Source of the DNA: Tagaea sp. CACIAM 22H2
Lineage (GTDB): Bacteria > Pseudomonadota > Alphaproteobacteria > CACIAM-22H2
Assembly: GCA_014444615.1 (NCBI GenBank)
Contig: PVXE01000004.1
Coordinates: forward strand, 2,768-66,767
DNA: 64,000 bases
Direction of reading: 5' to 3'
Made by a program: the position numbers and the translations under genes. The stretch's first letter is position 1, and each line of letters starts with the position of its first letter. Positions 29,273 to 43,122 of this stretch are shown here, piece after piece. The notes under the pieces are model-generated. The model saw only the letters and a list, made by a program, of their open reading frames with translations, was not told the origin of the DNA and ran no database searches.

Positions 29273-30711
29273 ACGGCCTGCATTCTCACCTGCGGCAGAC
29301 GGATCGTCACGCTCGTCGCGGCGCCATCGATACCAGGGCTGGCGGCGGACGCCCCGCCGCCCAAGGCGCGCGCGATCCCGGCGACGATGGCAAGTCCAAG
29401 TCCCGTGCCATCGGCGTTCGTGCCAGGCGCGCGAAAGAACGGCTCGAACACATGCGCGAGATCGCCCGGCGCGATGCCCGGCCCGGAATCGTCGATGCGG
29501 AAGACGAGCCCTTCACGATCGGCGCGCACGACGACGCCGACCGCATCGCGCGAAAACTTCGCCGCGTTGTCGATCAGATTGAACAAAGCTTGTTCCAACA
29601 ATGTCGCGTCGGCCTTCACGAGCGGATGCTTCGGATCGGCGTTCAGATTTATCGCCCGATCCGGAAACGCGCGGCGCGCCCGCGCGACCGCGCCATGCGC
29701 GACGTCGTTGGCGTCGATCCAATCGGGGCGAAGATCCAGCCCCGCGCGCAGCCGCGTCATTTGCAAAAGATTATCGACATGGCGCGCGAGGCGTGCCGCT
29801 TCCTCGTCGATCGCGACCGCAAGGTCGAGGCGGGCGGCGGGCGGCAGCGCTTCGCCCAATTCGCGCAACGTCGAGGCCGCCCCCCTTATCGTCGCCAGCG
29901 GCGTGCGCAGATCGTGCGAAAGCGAGGACAGCAACGCCGCGCGCAGTTTCTCACGCTCGGCTTCGCCCGCCAGCGCCAACCGGTCGATGGCCGCATCGGC
30001 CTGGGCGGCGATCGCGGCGAGCATAGCGCCGCCGGCGGAATCGGCGCGGGCCCCCAGCACGCCGCCATGGATCGGCGCGAAATCGAAACGGCTGCCCGCC
30101 CAGCCGCGCGCGGCCCCTTCTTGCGTCACGTGCCGGCGATGAACGCGCTCGGCGGCGGCGAGATCGTCGGCGATCAATGCCGCGCCGTTCTGCACTTCCA
30201 GCCGGCCATCGCGCGCGAGCAGCAGCACCGGATCGGCCCCCGCCGCCGAAATATGCGCAAGCGCACGCGCGCGTATTCCGGCGGCATCGCGCGCGCGCCC
30301 GATCTCCTCGGCGAAGGCGGCGAGTTCGGCCAGCATCGCCGCCCGCGACTGGGCGCGGTTCGCCTGCTCGCGCGCGCGCCCCGCCAGCAAGCCGGTCGCG
30401 GCACCTGCGATCAGCAGAACGCCCAGCGCCAGCGCGTCGTGCGCGTGATCGACGCGCAGCGTGTAGCGCGGTTCGACGAACAGGAAATTGCACACGACGA
30501 AGCCGAGCAGCGCCGCGCCGATCCCGGCGCGCAAACCCAACTGCGCAGCCGCCGCGATCACCGCCACGAGGAACAGCATCGGCACGCTGGCCGACGGCAG
30601 CGCGTCGCCCGCCGCGAAAGCCGCCAGGGCCGCGAGCGCCACGTAAACGACCGAAAGTGCCGCAATGCGCGTCATCGGGGGATTTCGCCCGGTCGGGGGC
30701 CGGGAGTCCAT
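29269..30711 (-). CDS. kdpD: sensor histidine kinase, KdpD C-terminal half only (TM + HisKA + HATPase; no N-terminal KdpD/Usp sensor domains)
   Basis: FLFVEPRYTL and GVLLIAGAATGLLAGRAREQ match the KdpD membrane/linker region; HisKA LSSLSHDLRTPLATI; HATPase NLIDNAAKF, DDSGPGI, GTGLGLAIV. Start ambiguous (30798, 30711 or 30675). Confidence 0.7.
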
Positions 30712-30816
30712 CGTCTTTACGCGTTCCTTATGCGGATGCCCTTGCATCCCCATCGCGGCTTTATGCGCATCGGCGCGAGGGTGAACCCGCCACTTCACCC
30801 CAAGGCAGGTTCATCC

Positions 30817-32685
30817 ATGTCCGCGTCCGCTTCCGTCACCCCGAAAACCGGTTTCCTTGCGCTGTCGCTCGGCTCGATCGGCGTCGTCTACGGCGATATC
30901 GGCACCTCGCCGATTTACGCGCTGCGCGAAACGCTCGCCGTTGGCGGCCATACGGCGGGGCCGCTCGGTGCGGTCTCGCTCATCTTCTGGGCGCTGAGTT
31001 TCATCGTCACGCTGAAATACGTCGTGCTGCTGCTGCGCGCGGACAATGCGGGCGAAGGCGGCACGCTGTCGCTGCTGGCGCTGGCCAAGCGCGTCTCGGG
31101 CCCGCGCGCGGCGACGGGGCTTGCGATCCTGGGGGCGACCGGTGCGGCGCTGTTCTACGGCGATGCGATGATTACGCCCGCCATCTCCGTGCTGTCGGCG
31201 ATCGAAGGCTTGAATCTGGTGACACCGGCTTTCGAGCCTTACGTCGTGCCAATCACGCTCGCCATCATCGTGCTGCTGTTCGCCGCGCAAAGCCACGGCA
31301 CGGCGGCCGTCGCGGGCTGGTTCGGCCCGATCACGCTGGTGTGGTTCGCGGCCCTGGCGCTGGGCGGCATCGTTTCCATCGCGGCGGAGCCCGCGATTTT
31401 GGCGGCGATCGATCCGCGCCACGCGATCGCCTTCGCCAAGGAAGGCCCGATCGTCGCCTTCGCCATTCTGGGGGCCGCGTTCCTGGCGGTGACGGGCGCG
31501 GAGGCACTCTACGCCGATCTGGGACATTTCGGGCGCGGGCCGATCCGCTTCGCGTGGTCGAGCGTCGTGTTCCCGGCCTTGGCGCTGAATTATTTCGGCC
31601 AGGGCGCCTTGGTGCTGCGCGACCCGCAAGCCGCCGCGAATCCCTTCTTCCTGATGTATCCCGAATGGGCGCTGATCCCGGTCGTGGCGATCGCCACCGC
31701 CGCGACGATCATCGCCAGCCAAGCCGTAATCACCGGGGCCTACTCGCTCACGCGCCAGGCGATCCAGCTGAAACTTCTGCCGCGCATGGATGTGCGCCAC
31801 ACGTCGGAATCGCTGGAAGGCCAGATCTACATGCCGCTGGTGAACGGGCTGTTGCTCGCCGGCGTGATCGCGCTGGTCCTCGCCTTCCGCTCGTCCTCGG
31901 GGCTGGCCGCCGCCTACGGCATCGCGGTGACCGGCACGATGATCGTGACGGTACTGCTCGCCTTCGTCGTCGCGCGCGGGTTGTGGCGCTGGCCGCTTTG
32001 GGCCGCCGCCGCGGTGTTTCTGCCCTTCCTCGCCGTCGACACGATTTTCTTGGGAGCCAACATGACCAAGGTTCTGGAAGGCGGTTTCGTGCCGCTACTG
32101 GTCGCCGTGGCGCTGGTCGCGATCATGCGCACGTGGATGCGCGGCACGGCGGTGCTGGCGGCGAAGGACAAGGAAGCGTCGCTGCCGCTCGACACGCTGA
32201 TGCGTTCGATGCGCGAGCGCCCGCCGCTGACCGCGCCCGGCACGGCCGTCTATCTGACCGGCAACCCCGACGCCGCGCCGGTCGCCTTGCTGCACACGCT
32301 GAAGCACTTCAAATCGCTGCATGCGCGCGTGGTGATTTTGACCGTGGCGACCGCGTCGATTCCGCGCGTCGCGGCCGCCGACCGCGCGAAGGTCAAAATT
32401 CTCGACGACCGCTTCGCGTCGGTCACGCTGAATTTCGGCTTCATGGAGGCGCCCGACGTGCCCAAGGCGCTGGCCGAGCTTTCCGGCCACGGAATTGATT
32501 TCGACGTGATGACGACATCGTTCGTGCTGTCGCGCCGCGCGCTCACGGCCGCCGAGCGCGGGGCCCTGCCCGGCTGGCAGCGCAAGATTTTCATGTTCCT
32601 GTCGCGCAACGCCGTCGGCGCCACGGATTATTTCCGGATTCCGGCGGGGCGCGTGGTGGAAATCGGCGCGCAGGTCAGCTTGTAG
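30817..32685 (+). CDS. kup: KUP/HAK/KT potassium uptake transporter
   Basis: Trimmed from 1077-aa composite ORF; [27 protein letters not shown], multi-TM body and cytoplasmic C-domain typical of Kup. Confidence 0.85.
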   Translation: MSASASVTPKTGFLALSLGSIGVVYGDIGTSPIYALRETLAVGGHTAGPLGAVSLIFWALSFIVTLKYVVLLLRADNAGEGGTLSLLALAKRVSGPRAATGLAILGATGAALFYGDAMITPAISVLSAIEGLNLVTPAFEPYVVPITLAIIVLLFAAQSHGTAAVAGWFGPITLVWFAALALGGIVSIAAEPAILAAIDPRHAIAFAKEGPIVAFAILGAAFLAVTGAEALYADLGHFGRGPIRFAWSSVVFPALALNYFGQGALVLRDPQAAANPFFLMYPEWALIPVVAIATAATIIASQAVITGAYSLTRQAIQLKLLPRMDVRHTSESLEGQIYMPLVNGLLLAGVIALVLAFRSSSGLAAAYGIAVTGTMIVTVLLAFVVARGLWRWPLWAAAAVFLPFLAVDTIFLGANMTKVLEGGFVPLLVAVALVAIMRTWMRGTAVLAAKDKEASLPLDTLMRSMRERPPLTAPGTAVYLTGNPDAAPVALLHTLKHFKSLHARVVILTVATASIPRVAAADRAKVKILDDRFASVTLNFGFMEAPDVPKALAELSGHGIDFDVMTTSFVLSRRALTAAERGALPGWQRKIFMFLSRNAVGATDYFRIPAGRVVEIGAQVSL

Positions 32686-32734
32686 AAAAGGACACGTTGA
32701 CCGGTGCGGCCCGGGGTTTAAATTCCCCGGGCCC

Positions 32735-34938
<2,204 letters not shown>

Positions 34939-34942
<4 letters not shown>

Positions 34943-36138
34943 ACGGCATCGTCGCGACCGTCGCGGTCACCTTCGCCATTCAAGTCGCCGTGTCGGCCGC
35001 CGGTATCGCCGGGCCGGTGCTCGCCCCATTCGCGGGCGCGCAGCTTTCGTTGAACGCCGCGCTGATCGGCATCTATGTCGCGTTCATGTACGCGACGGCC
35101 GCCATCGTCACCGCAACGTCGGGCGCGTGGCTGCAACGTTTCGGGCCGATGGGGACGAGCCAGCTCTGCCTGATGTTCGCCGGCCTTTCGCTGCTGGCGA
35201 TTTCGACCGGCACGTTGTGGGGCTTCGCGTTGGGCGGATTTCTTGCCGGGATCGGTTATGGCCCGACGACGCCCGCCTCGTCGGTCGTGTTGTCGCGCGT
35301 CGGCGCCAACCGATTCCGCAATCTGATTTTCTCGATCAAACAAACCGGCGTGCCCGGCGGCAACATGGCCGCCGCCGCGATTTTGCCCACGCTTGCCTTG
35401 ATGATCGGCTGGCAAGCCGCGGCCTTGACCTCGGGCGCCGCCGTGCTGGTGCTGGCGGCGGCGCTGACGCCCTTGCGCCGGGCGCTCGACGAAGGCGCGC
35501 AAGTCGCGCGCGCCGCGTCGCTGCGCGCGGCGTTGATCGGTCCGATGCGAACGATCTTCGCCACACCCAAGCTGCGCAATTTCGTGATGCTGTCGATGGC
35601 CTATTCGGGCCTGCAAGGCGTGTTGTCGACGACGATGATCGTGTTCCTGATCGAGGAGGCGAAGCTCGACGTGGTCGCCGCGGGGTTGATTCTGGCGGTC
35701 GCGCAAGGGGCGGGCGTGGGGGGCCGCGTTTTGTGGGGCATCGTCGCCGACCGCACCGGCCGCCCGACGCTGATCTTGGGATTGCTGGGCTTGGCGATGG
35801 GCGTGTTCGGCATCGCCACCGCCTATGGCGCGCCGCATTTGCCGCTGCCCGCCCTCGCCGCGCTGGCCGCCTGTTTCGGCGGCACGGCGGTCGCGTGGAA
35901 CGGCGTCTATCTTGCCGAACTGGCCGGCTTGGTCGAGCCCGCCCAAGCGGGCGAGATCGTCGGTGCGGGCGGCTTGTTCACCTTCGGCGGTGTCGCCCTG
36001 CTGCCCTTCGCCTTTACGCTGATCGTACTGGCCGCAGGCAGCTATGCCGCCGCCTTGGCGATTTTGTCGCTGCCGGCGATGGCGGGCGGCGCTTGGTTGT
36101 TGCATGGCTTGCGAACGCAGGCTAATCCCGGCGCATGA
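34939..36138 (+). CDS. MFS transporter
   Basis: 399 aa, about 12 predicted TM segments; GTG start overlapping the uvrB stop (GTGA). Confidence 0.65.
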
Positions 36139-36893
36139 TTTCCCCCGCCATCCCCCGAACGGCTCTCGTCACCGGTGCTGCCAAGCGCCTGGGTGCGGTT
36201 TTCGCGCGCACGCTGGCGCAAGACGGCTTCAAGGTCGCCGTCCATTATTCGACCAGCCGCGCGGAGGCCGAAGCGTTGGCACGCGAGATCGGCGGCGTGG
36301 CGCTGCAAGCCGACCTCGCCAAGGAATCCGACGTTCAGGCGCTCGCCAACGCCGCGCAAGACGCGCTGGGACCGCTCGGCGTCGTGGTCAACAACGCCTC
36401 GCTGTTCGAGCGCGACGAGATCGGCGATGCGACGCGGGCCAGCTGGGACGCGCATCTCGAAGCCAATTTGCGCGCGCCCTTCGTGCTGATCCAAGAACTC
36501 GCCGGCCGCCTGCCGCACGGGTCCGAGGGCGTGGCGATCAATCTGCTGGATCAGCGCGTATGGAACCTCACGCCGCATTTCGTCAGCTACACGCTGTCGA
36601 AAGCGGGCCTGTGGACGCTGACGCAAACTTTGGCGCTGGCGCTGGCCCCGCGCGTGCGCGTCGCAGCGATCGGTCCGGGCCCGACCTTGCCGTCGCCACG
36701 CCAAAGCCAGGCGCAATTCGACGCGCAAGTCGCCTCGGTGCCGTTGAAGCGCGGCGCCACGCTCGACGAAATGGCGGCGGGGTTGCGCTTCATCCTGGCG
36801 AGCCCGTCCTTCACCGGGCAAATGCTGGCGCTGGACGGCGGCCAGCATTTGAATTGGAGCCCGGTTTCGGAGAAGGCGGGTCTCGACGAATGA
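36135..36893 (+). CDS. short-chain dehydrogenase/reductase, pteridine-reductase-like (FolM/PTR1-like)
   Basis: ALVTGAAKRLGAVFARTL (TGxxxRLG cofactor motif), YTLSKAGL (YxxxK); ATGA-coupled to folB, hence pteridine reductase guess. Confidence 0.65.
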   Translation: MISPAIPRTALVTGAAKRLGAVFARTLAQDGFKVAVHYSTSRAEAEALAREIGGVALQADLAKESDVQALANAAQDALGPLGVVVNNASLFERDEIGDATRASWDAHLEANLRAPFVLIQELAGRLPHGSEGVAINLLDQRVWNLTPHFVSYTLSKAGLWTLTQTLALALAPRVRVAAIGPGPTLPSPRQSQAQFDAQVASVPLKRGATLDEMAAGLRFILASPSFTGQMLALDGGQHLNWSPVSEKAGLDE

Positions 36894-37249
36894 ACACGCG
36901 CCTGCTGCTGATCCGCGATCTGGTGCTGCAAGCGAATATCGGCGTGTTCCGCCGCGAGAAGACCGGCAATCGCCAACGTGTGCGGATCAATGTCGAACTC
37001 GCGGTTGTCGATCATCCGATCGCCGACGACAAAATCGGCGAGGTCGTGCGGTACGATTTCTTGATCGACGAAATCCGGGCTTTCGTCGATGCCGGGCATA
37101 TCAATCTGGTCGAAACGCTGGCCGAACGGGTGGCGGCGATCTGCCTAGCACCCGCAGATGCGCGCAATGTTCGCGTCCGGGTCGAGAAACTGGATATCGT
37201 CCCCGACGCGGCCGCGGTGGGCGTAGAAATCCAGCGTAAACGTGGATAA
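36890..37249 (+). CDS. folB: dihydroneopterin aldolase
   Basis: 119 aa; LLIRDLVLQANIGVFRREKTGNRQRVRINVEL..YDFLIDEIRAF typical FolB fold sequence. Confidence 0.7.
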   Translation: MNTRLLLIRDLVLQANIGVFRREKTGNRQRVRINVELAVVDHPIADDKIGEVVRYDFLIDEIRAFVDAGHINLVETLAERVAAICLAPADARNVRVRVEKLDIVPDAAAVGVEIQRKRG

Positions 37250-37468
37250 TACCGCCCCCCTGCAGTTGTGCACACGGAGCGGCGGCTGTCACAAAAACGG
37301 CGGAAAACCGCCGATTCCGAATCAAAGGTTACCGTTTATTGACGTAATTTTCAGTCAGTATCTAGGAATTTCAAAGACTTAAAAATTACTGCCTAAAAAC
37401 GTGGCAAGCCGTTGAGAGCCGTTGAGAATCGCTGATTCGACGGGTTCGGGACGCCATTCTCCACAAAC

Positions 37469-37492
37469 TTATCCACAGGTTCCGTGGATAGC
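37469..37492. promoter_or_regulatory. DnaA-box-like inverted pair (TTATCCACA ggttc CGTGGATAg) next to an AT-rich stretch, about 100 bp upstream of uvrC
   Basis: TTATCCACA is a perfect match to the reverse complement of the DnaA box consensus TGTGGATAA; the partner is 7/9. Adjacent 37320-37400 is AT-rich. Confidence 0.3.
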
Positions 37493-37589
37493 AAAAAGCC
37501 CCAAGATTCGGCTGCTTTCGGAACGGGCAGGACTGCGGCCCATCGGCCACAGCTTGAACCAAGTCTCTGAGAAGGCTAACGCAAGCGCC

Positions 37590-39497
37590 ATGCGCGAAAC
37601 CGACGCCGACGACATCGTCTTCGACGAGCCGCCCGCCGCCGCCGCCCAAGGGGCGACGGTGCTGCGCGATGCGTTGACGACGATGCCCGGCGCGCCGGGC
37701 GTCTATCGCATGCTCGACGCCAAGGGCGACGCGCTTTACGTCGGCAAGGCGCGCAATCTCAAACGCCGCGTCTCGCAATATCTCCAATTCCACCGCATGC
37801 CGCACCGTCTGCTGCGCATGGTGGCGGAGACGCGCAAGATGGAGATCGTCTCGACCCATACGGAGGTCGAGGCGCTGCTGCTGGAAAGCAACCTCATCAA
37901 GCGCCTGAAGCCGCGCTTCAACGTGCTGCTGCGCGACGACAAATCGTTCCCTTATATCGCGCTGATCGAGGATCACGATTTTCCGCAAGTGACCAAGCAT
38001 CGCGGCAGCCGCGATCGCAAGGGCAGCTATTACGGCCCCTTCGCCTCGGCCGGGTCGGTCAATCAAACGCTGACGGCGATGCAGCGCGCGTTTCTTTTGC
38101 GCAGCTGCAACGATTCGATCTTCACCACGCGCACGCGGCCGTGCTTGCTCTATCAGATCAAGCGCTGCTCCGCGCCGTGCGTGGGCCGCATCAGCAAAGA
38201 GGATTACGCCGGGCTGATGGCGGAGGCGAAAGCCTTCCTGGAAGGCCGCAGCCGCGACGCGCAAGAGAAGCTCGCCGCGCGCATGCAGGCCGCCAGCGAC
38301 GCGATGGATTTCGAAACGGCCGCGATGTATCGCGACCGTATCCGCGCGCTGACCGCCGTGCAGGCGCGCCAGGATATCAATGTCGACGATCTGGGCGATT
38401 GCGACGTGATCGCGCTGGCGTCGGAGGGCGGGCAGACCTGCTTGCAGGTGTTCTTCTTCCGCGGCGGGCGCAATTACGGCAACCGCGCCTATTTCCCGCG
38501 CCACGACAAATCGCAGGACGAGGCCGATATCGTCCAGGCGTTCCTGGGCCAGTTCTACGACGACAAGCCGCCCCCGCCTTTGCTGGCGTTAAGCCACGAG
38601 CCGCCCGAGCGCGAATTGATCGAAGAAGCGCTGAGCGAGAAGGCCGGGCGGCGCGTGCGCATTCTGGTGCCCGAGCGCGGGACCAAGCGCAAACCCGTGG
38701 AACACGCGCTGGCCAACGCGCGCGAAGCCTTGGCCCGGCGCCTGGCGGAGACGGGCGCCCAAGCCAAACTGCTGGCCGGTGTGGCCGAAGTCTTCGGCCT
38801 GGACGCCCCGCCCAAGCGGATCGAGGTCTACGACAACTCGCATATCCAAGGGGCCCATGCGATCGGCGGCATGGTCGTCGCCGGGCCCGAAGGCTTCATC
38901 AAAAACCAGTACCGGAAATTCAACATCAAGGGCGACGGCAAGTCGGACGTCGCGGCCGGCGGCGACGATTTCGCGATGATGCGCGAAGTATTCGAACGAC
39001 GCTTCGGCCGTGCCTTGCGCGAAGACCCGGACCGTTCGGGCGGCACTTGGCCCGATCTCGTGCTGATCGACGGCGGCGAAGGCCAGCTGAACGCCGCGAT
39101 CGGCGTGCTGACCGAACTCGGCATCGACGATCTGAATCTGGTCGGCGTCGCCAAGGGTCCTGACCGCAACGCCGGGCGCGAGCGCTTCTTCGTGCCGGGC
39201 CGGGCGCCCTTCCAGCTCGAACCGCGCGATCCCGTTCTTTACTATCTGCAACGCTTGCGTGACGAAGTGCATCGTTTCGCCATCGGCGGCCACCGCACGC
39301 GCCGGGCGGGGGCGATCCAGCGCTCCGCCCTCGACGAGATCCCGGGTATCGGCCCGCGCCGCAAAAAAGCCCTTTTGCTGCATTTCGGCTCGTCCGCGGC
39401 GGTCAAACGCGCCGGTTTGGCCGATCTTGCCGCCGTGCCGGGTGTGGGGCCTGACGCCGCCAAAAAAATCTATGACCACTTCCATAGCGGCGGGTAA
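37590..39497 (+). CDS. uvrC: excinuclease ABC subunit C
   Basis: Trimmed to MRETDADD; GIY-YIG ([28 protein letters not shown]), UvrBC-interaction, RNaseH-like endonuclease and C-terminal HhH ([16 protein letters not shown]). Confidence 0.85.
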   Translation: MRETDADDIVFDEPPAAAAQGATVLRDALTTMPGAPGVYRMLDAKGDALYVGKARNLKRRVSQYLQFHRMPHRLLRMVAETRKMEIVSTHTEVEALLLESNLIKRLKPRFNVLLRDDKSFPYIALIEDHDFPQVTKHRGSRDRKGSYYGPFASAGSVNQTLTAMQRAFLLRSCNDSIFTTRTRPCLLYQIKRCSAPCVGRISKEDYAGLMAEAKAFLEGRSRDAQEKLAARMQAASDAMDFETAAMYRDRIRALTAVQARQDINVDDLGDCDVIALASEGGQTCLQVFFFRGGRNYGNRAYFPRHDKSQDEADIVQAFLGQFYDDKPPPPLLALSHEPPERELIEEALSEKAGRRVRILVPERGTKRKPVEHALANAREALARRLAETGAQAKLLAGVAEVFGLDAPPKRIEVYDNSHIQGAHAIGGMVVAGPEGFIKNQYRKFNIKGDGKSDVAAGGDDFAMMREVFERRFGRALREDPDRSGGTWPDLVLIDGGEGQLNAAIGVLTELGIDDLNLVGVAKGPDRNAGRERFFVPGRAPFQLEPRDPVLYYLQRLRDEVHRFAIGGHRTRRAGAIQRSALDEIPGIGPRRKKALLLHFGSSAAVKRAGLADLAAVPGVGPDAAKKIYDHFHSGG

Positions 39498-39530
39498 ACT
39501 CCCGGCCGTCGAATTTCCGGAACCCGCACG

Positions 39531-40154
39531 ATGTATTATTCGCTGCCCATGTGGCTGACCTTCTCGCGGATCGCCGCGATTCCGGTCATTGCCGCGTTGT
39601 TCTGGGTCGATGGCGACGAGTGGCGCTATGTCGCTTGCGCGATCTACGGCGTCGCGGCCGCGACCGATTGGCTCGACGGCTATCTGGCGCGCGCTTGGGC
39701 GCAGCAATCGAAGCTCGGCCGGATGCTCGACCCAATTGCCGATAAGCTGCTGGTCGCGGCGGTGATCCTGCTGCTGGTCGCGTTCGGCCGGATGAGCCAT
39801 ATCACCGTCGCCGCCGCGCTGATCATCCTGCTGCGCGAGGTCCTCGTCTCGGGTTTGCGCGAATTCCTGGCCGAGTTGCGCGTGGGCTTGCCCGTGTCGG
39901 CCCTCGCCAAATGGAAGACCGGCGCGCAGATGGTGGCGCTGGGTTTCCTGATCGTGTCGGACGCCAAGGCGACGGCGTTCATTCCGTCGCAGGCGATCGG
40001 CGAAGTGCTGCTGTGGCTCGCGGCAGCCCTCACGCTCTATACCGGCTACGACTATCTGCGCATCGGCCTGAAACACGCCGACGACACGCCCGCGCCCCAA
40101 CAGGATACGAAGCTCGAGTCCGGTCCGGACGTCGCCCGGCGCCGTTCGGCGTGA
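39531..40154 (+). CDS. pgsA: CDP-diacylglycerol--glycerol-3-phosphate 3-phosphatidyltransferase
   Basis: CDP-alcohol phosphatidyltransferase motif DWLDGYLAR...G...DPIADK. Confidence 0.8.
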   Translation: MYYSLPMWLTFSRIAAIPVIAALFWVDGDEWRYVACAIYGVAAATDWLDGYLARAWAQQSKLGRMLDPIADKLLVAAVILLLVAFGRMSHITVAAALIILLREVLVSGLREFLAELRVGLPVSALAKWKTGAQMVALGFLIVSDAKATAFIPSQAIGEVLLWLAAALTLYTGYDYLRIGLKHADDTPAPQQDTKLESGPDVARRRSA

Positions 40155-40162
40155 GGGCGCAA

Positions 40163-40660
40163 ATGCGCGTGTTCGGCCTGGCGGGCTGGAGCGGTGCGGG
40201 AAAAACGACGCTGCTGTCGAAGCTGATCCCGGCGCTGACCGCGCAGGGTTTGCGCGTCTCCACGCTCAAACACGCGCATCACGCATTCGACCTCGACACG
40301 CCGGGCAAGGATTCCTGGGTGCATCGCCAATCCGGCGCCACCGAAGTCGCGATCGTGTCGGCCAATCGCTACGCGATCATGCATGAGCTTCGCGGCGCCG
40401 CCGAACCGACGATCGAGGAATTGCTGCCGCGCCTGGCGCCGGTCGATCTGCTGCTGATCGAAGGCTTCAAGCGCCACAAGCACGACAAGCTGGAAATCCA
40501 TCGCCCGGCTTTGGGCAAGGCGCTGCTGTCGCCCGACGATCCCGATATCGTCGCGGTCGCGTCGGATTCGAAGATCGACGGGCTTGCCGTACCGCTGCTC
40601 GATTTGAACGATATCGCCGCGATCGCCGAATTCGTGCGGCAACGCACGGGGCTCGGCTGA
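40163..40660 (+). CDS. mobB: molybdopterin-guanine dinucleotide biosynthesis adapter protein MobB
   Basis: Trimmed to MRVFGLAGWSGAGKTTLLSKLIPAL (P-loop); 165 aa. Confidence 0.75.
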   Translation: MRVFGLAGWSGAGKTTLLSKLIPALTAQGLRVSTLKHAHHAFDLDTPGKDSWVHRQSGATEVAIVSANRYAIMHELRGAAEPTIEELLPRLAPVDLLLIEGFKRHKHDKLEIHRPALGKALLSPDDPDIVAVASDSKIDGLAVPLLDLNDIAAIAEFVRQRTGLG

Positions 40661-41916
40661 TGGGCCGTCTTGCCAATGATTGCTTCGCCACGGGCGGCGA
40701 AACGTTGCGCGCCGACGAAGCGCTGCGCATCCTGTCGGCGCGAATTCATCCCATCGCGGCGATCGAGGCGTTGCCGTTGCGGCGATTGCGCGGCCGCGTG
40801 CTGGCCGCGGACATCGTGTCGCCGCGCAACGTGCCGCCGCACGACAACGCCGCCGTCGATGGTTACGCGGTCCATTTCGACGATTTGTCGCCCGACGGCG
40901 AAACGCGGCTGAAGATCGGCCCGCGCATCGCCGCCGGGCATCCGCATAGCGGCGAAATTCCGCGCGGGATTGCCGCGCGCATCTTCACCGGCGCCGCGAT
41001 GCCGCAAGGCCCCGACACGGTGTTCATGCAGGAAGACGTGCGCATCGCGGGCGACGTGGCAATCTTCCCGCCGGGCCAGAAGCGTTTCGCCAATCGCCGC
41101 CAAGCGGGCGAGGACGTCCACGCCGGCAAAACGATCCTGCGCGCCGGGCGTCGTTTGCGGGCCGCCGATATCGGCCTGATCGCCTCGGTCGGCCTGACGC
41201 AAGCGCAAGTCTTCGCGCCGTTGAAGATCGCCGTGTTTTCGACCGGCGACGAATTGCGCGAACCCGGCACGGCGACGCCGCCGGGGGCGGTCTACGATTC
41301 CAACCGCTTCGCGCTAATGGCACTGCTGGAACAGGCGGGTGCCATCGTTTCCGATCTCGGCATTCTGCCCGACAAGGCGGAAATTCTGCGCGATGCGCTG
41401 GCCAACGCCGCCGCGGATCACGACGCGATCGTCACCTCGGGCGGCATGTCGACCGGCGAGGAGGATCACGTGCGCGCGGCCGTGACCGCCAACGGCGCGC
41501 TGGATTTCTGGCGCTTGGCCATCCGTCCCGGCCGCCCGGTGGCGCTGGGCAACGTGAAAGGTAAGGCCTTCGTTGGTTTGCCCGGCAATCCGGTCGCGAT
41601 GATCGTGACCTATCTGCGCTTCGCCCTTCCCGTGCTTGCGCGCCTGGGCGGGGCGGCGGACGCGGCCCCGCTGCGCTTCAAACTAGCATGCGAAACGGCG
41701 ATCAAGAAAAAGCCCGGGCGGCGCGAATGGGTGCGCGCGTCGGTTACATACGCCGCCGATGGCTCGCCGATTTTGCGTCCCTTCCCGCTCGACGGGGCGG
41801 GTATATTGACCTCGCTGGTCGAAAGCGACGGGTTGATCGAACTCGCCGAAAACACCGCCGACGTCGCCCCCGGCACGCGCGTCGAGTTCCTGCCCTTCTC
41901 GGAGCTGCTGGCATGA
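40660..41916 (+). CDS. moeA: molybdopterin molybdotransferase
   Basis: 418 aa MoeA/gephyrin-E fold (TGDEL, IVTSGGMSTGEEDH, GLPGNPVA). Confidence 0.8.
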   Translation: MGRLANDCFATGGETLRADEALRILSARIHPIAAIEALPLRRLRGRVLAADIVSPRNVPPHDNAAVDGYAVHFDDLSPDGETRLKIGPRIAAGHPHSGEIPRGIAARIFTGAAMPQGPDTVFMQEDVRIAGDVAIFPPGQKRFANRRQAGEDVHAGKTILRAGRRLRAADIGLIASVGLTQAQVFAPLKIAVFSTGDELREPGTATPPGAVYDSNRFALMALLEQAGAIVSDLGILPDKAEILRDALANAAADHDAIVTSGGMSTGEEDHVRAAVTANGALDFWRLAIRPGRPVALGNVKGKAFVGLPGNPVAMIVTYLRFALPVLARLGGAADAAPLRFKLACETAIKKKPGRREWVRASVTYAADGSPILRPFPLDGAGILTSLVESDGLIELAENTADVAPGTRVEFLPFSELLA

Positions 41917-42164
41917 AGGTCTTGTGGTTCGCATGGTTGCGCACGCGCGTCGGCACGGGCGAGGAAACCATCGCCCTGCCCGACGGTGTGACCGACGTGG
42001 GCGGATTGCTCGACTTCCTCGCCCAGCGTTCGCCGGGCCATGCCGAAGCGCTAAAGAACCGCAACGTCGTGCGCGTCGCGGTCAACCAGACCTATGTGAA
42101 ACCCGATCACGCGATCACCGACGGCGACGAGGTCGCGATCTTCCCGCCGGTGACGGGGGGCTGA
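41913..42164 (+). CDS. moaD: molybdopterin synthase sulfur-carrier subunit MoaD
   Basis: 83 aa ending in GG (VAIFPPVTGG); ATGA overlap with moeA. Confidence 0.7.
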   Translation: MKVLWFAWLRTRVGTGEETIALPDGVTDVGGLLDFLAQRSPGHAEALKNRNVVRVAVNQTYVKPDHAITDGDEVAIFPPVTGG

Positions 42165-42165
42165 C

Positions 42166-42624
42166 ATGGCCGTGCGGGTCCAACGCGAGGATTTCGATAT
42201 CGGCGCCGAGCTCGACGCGCTGACGCGCGGCCGCCACGATATCGGCGCGGTCACCAGCTTCGTCGGGTTGGTGCGCGACATCGCGGGCGATTCCAAAATC
42301 GGCGCGATGACGCTGGAGCATTATCCCGGCATGACGGAGAAGGAGCTCGCGCGCGTCGAGGCCGAGGCAAATGCGCGCTGGCAGCTTTCCGCCACGCTGA
42401 TCGTGCATCGCTTCGGGCGCTTGGAGCCGGGCGACCGGATCGTGCTGTGCGCTGCGGCGTCGCCCCATCGCGAACAGGCGTTCGAGGCGTGCCATTTCCT
42501 GATCGATTGGCTGAAGACCAGCGCGCCGTTCTGGAAGCTGGAAGATACCGACAACGGCCCGCAATGGGTCGCCGCCAAAGATTCCGACGACGCGGCCGCC
42601 GCGCGCTGGAACAATTCCCGATAG
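42166..42624 (+). CDS. moaE: molybdopterin synthase catalytic subunit MoaE
   Basis: 152 aa; GAVTSFVGLVRD, LEHYPGM, LIVHRFGRLEPGD motifs. Confidence 0.8.
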   Translation: MAVRVQREDFDIGAELDALTRGRHDIGAVTSFVGLVRDIAGDSKIGAMTLEHYPGMTEKELARVEAEANARWQLSATLIVHRFGRLEPGDRIVLCAAASPHREQAFEACHFLIDWLKTSAPFWKLEDTDNGPQWVAAKDSDDAAAARWNNSR

Positions 42625-42634
42625 GAGTCCCTCA

Positions 42635-43105
42635 ATGCCCGCCGGAGTCTCGTTCGCGCCGCGCACGCTGCTGATCGGTTTCGCCGCCGCCTATTTGTCG
42701 GTGCTGACCTTCCACCAGGGCACGATCCTGGTGCTGCATCTGCTGGGCTTCGCGCCGAACTTCCCGTGGAGCACCCGCCCGGTGCCCGCGTTCGGCCTGC
42801 CGGCGATCGTGCAACTCGCCTTCTGGGGCGGGTTGTGGGGCTGCCTGATCGCGGCGTTCCGCGGCATGTTCAAGCCGGGCCGCCCGCGCTTGATCTACGG
42901 CTTCCTGTTCGGCGCGATCATCTGCAACATCGTCGGCTGGTATGTCGTCGCACCCTTGAAGGGCAATCCGTCGCCGGCCTTCGGCCTTGCCACGATGTGG
43001 CGCGGGGTGACGATCAACGGGATTTTCGGTCTGGGAACGATCGTGTTCCTCGACCTGTTCGACATCTATTTCCGCAAGCGCGCCCCGGCGTCTCACGACG
43101 CCTGA
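42635..43105 (+). CDS. hypothetical small integral membrane protein
   Basis: 156 aa, 3-4 hydrophobic segments, follows moaE by 10 bp. Confidence 0.45.
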   Translation: MPAGVSFAPRTLLIGFAAAYLSVLTFHQGTILVLHLLGFAPNFPWSTRPVPAFGLPAIVQLAFWGGLWGCLIAAFRGMFKPGRPRLIYGFLFGAIICNIVGWYVVAPLKGNPSPAFGLATMWRGVTINGIFGLGTIVFLDLFDIYFRKRAPASHDA

Positions 43106-43122
43106 ACAAGGGCGAGCGGCGT

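Noticed and set aside
29452-32685. 1077-aa plus-strand ORF
   Set aside because: The first about 450 aa are antisense to kdpD and Arg/Ala-rich. The real gene is kup from ATG 30817.
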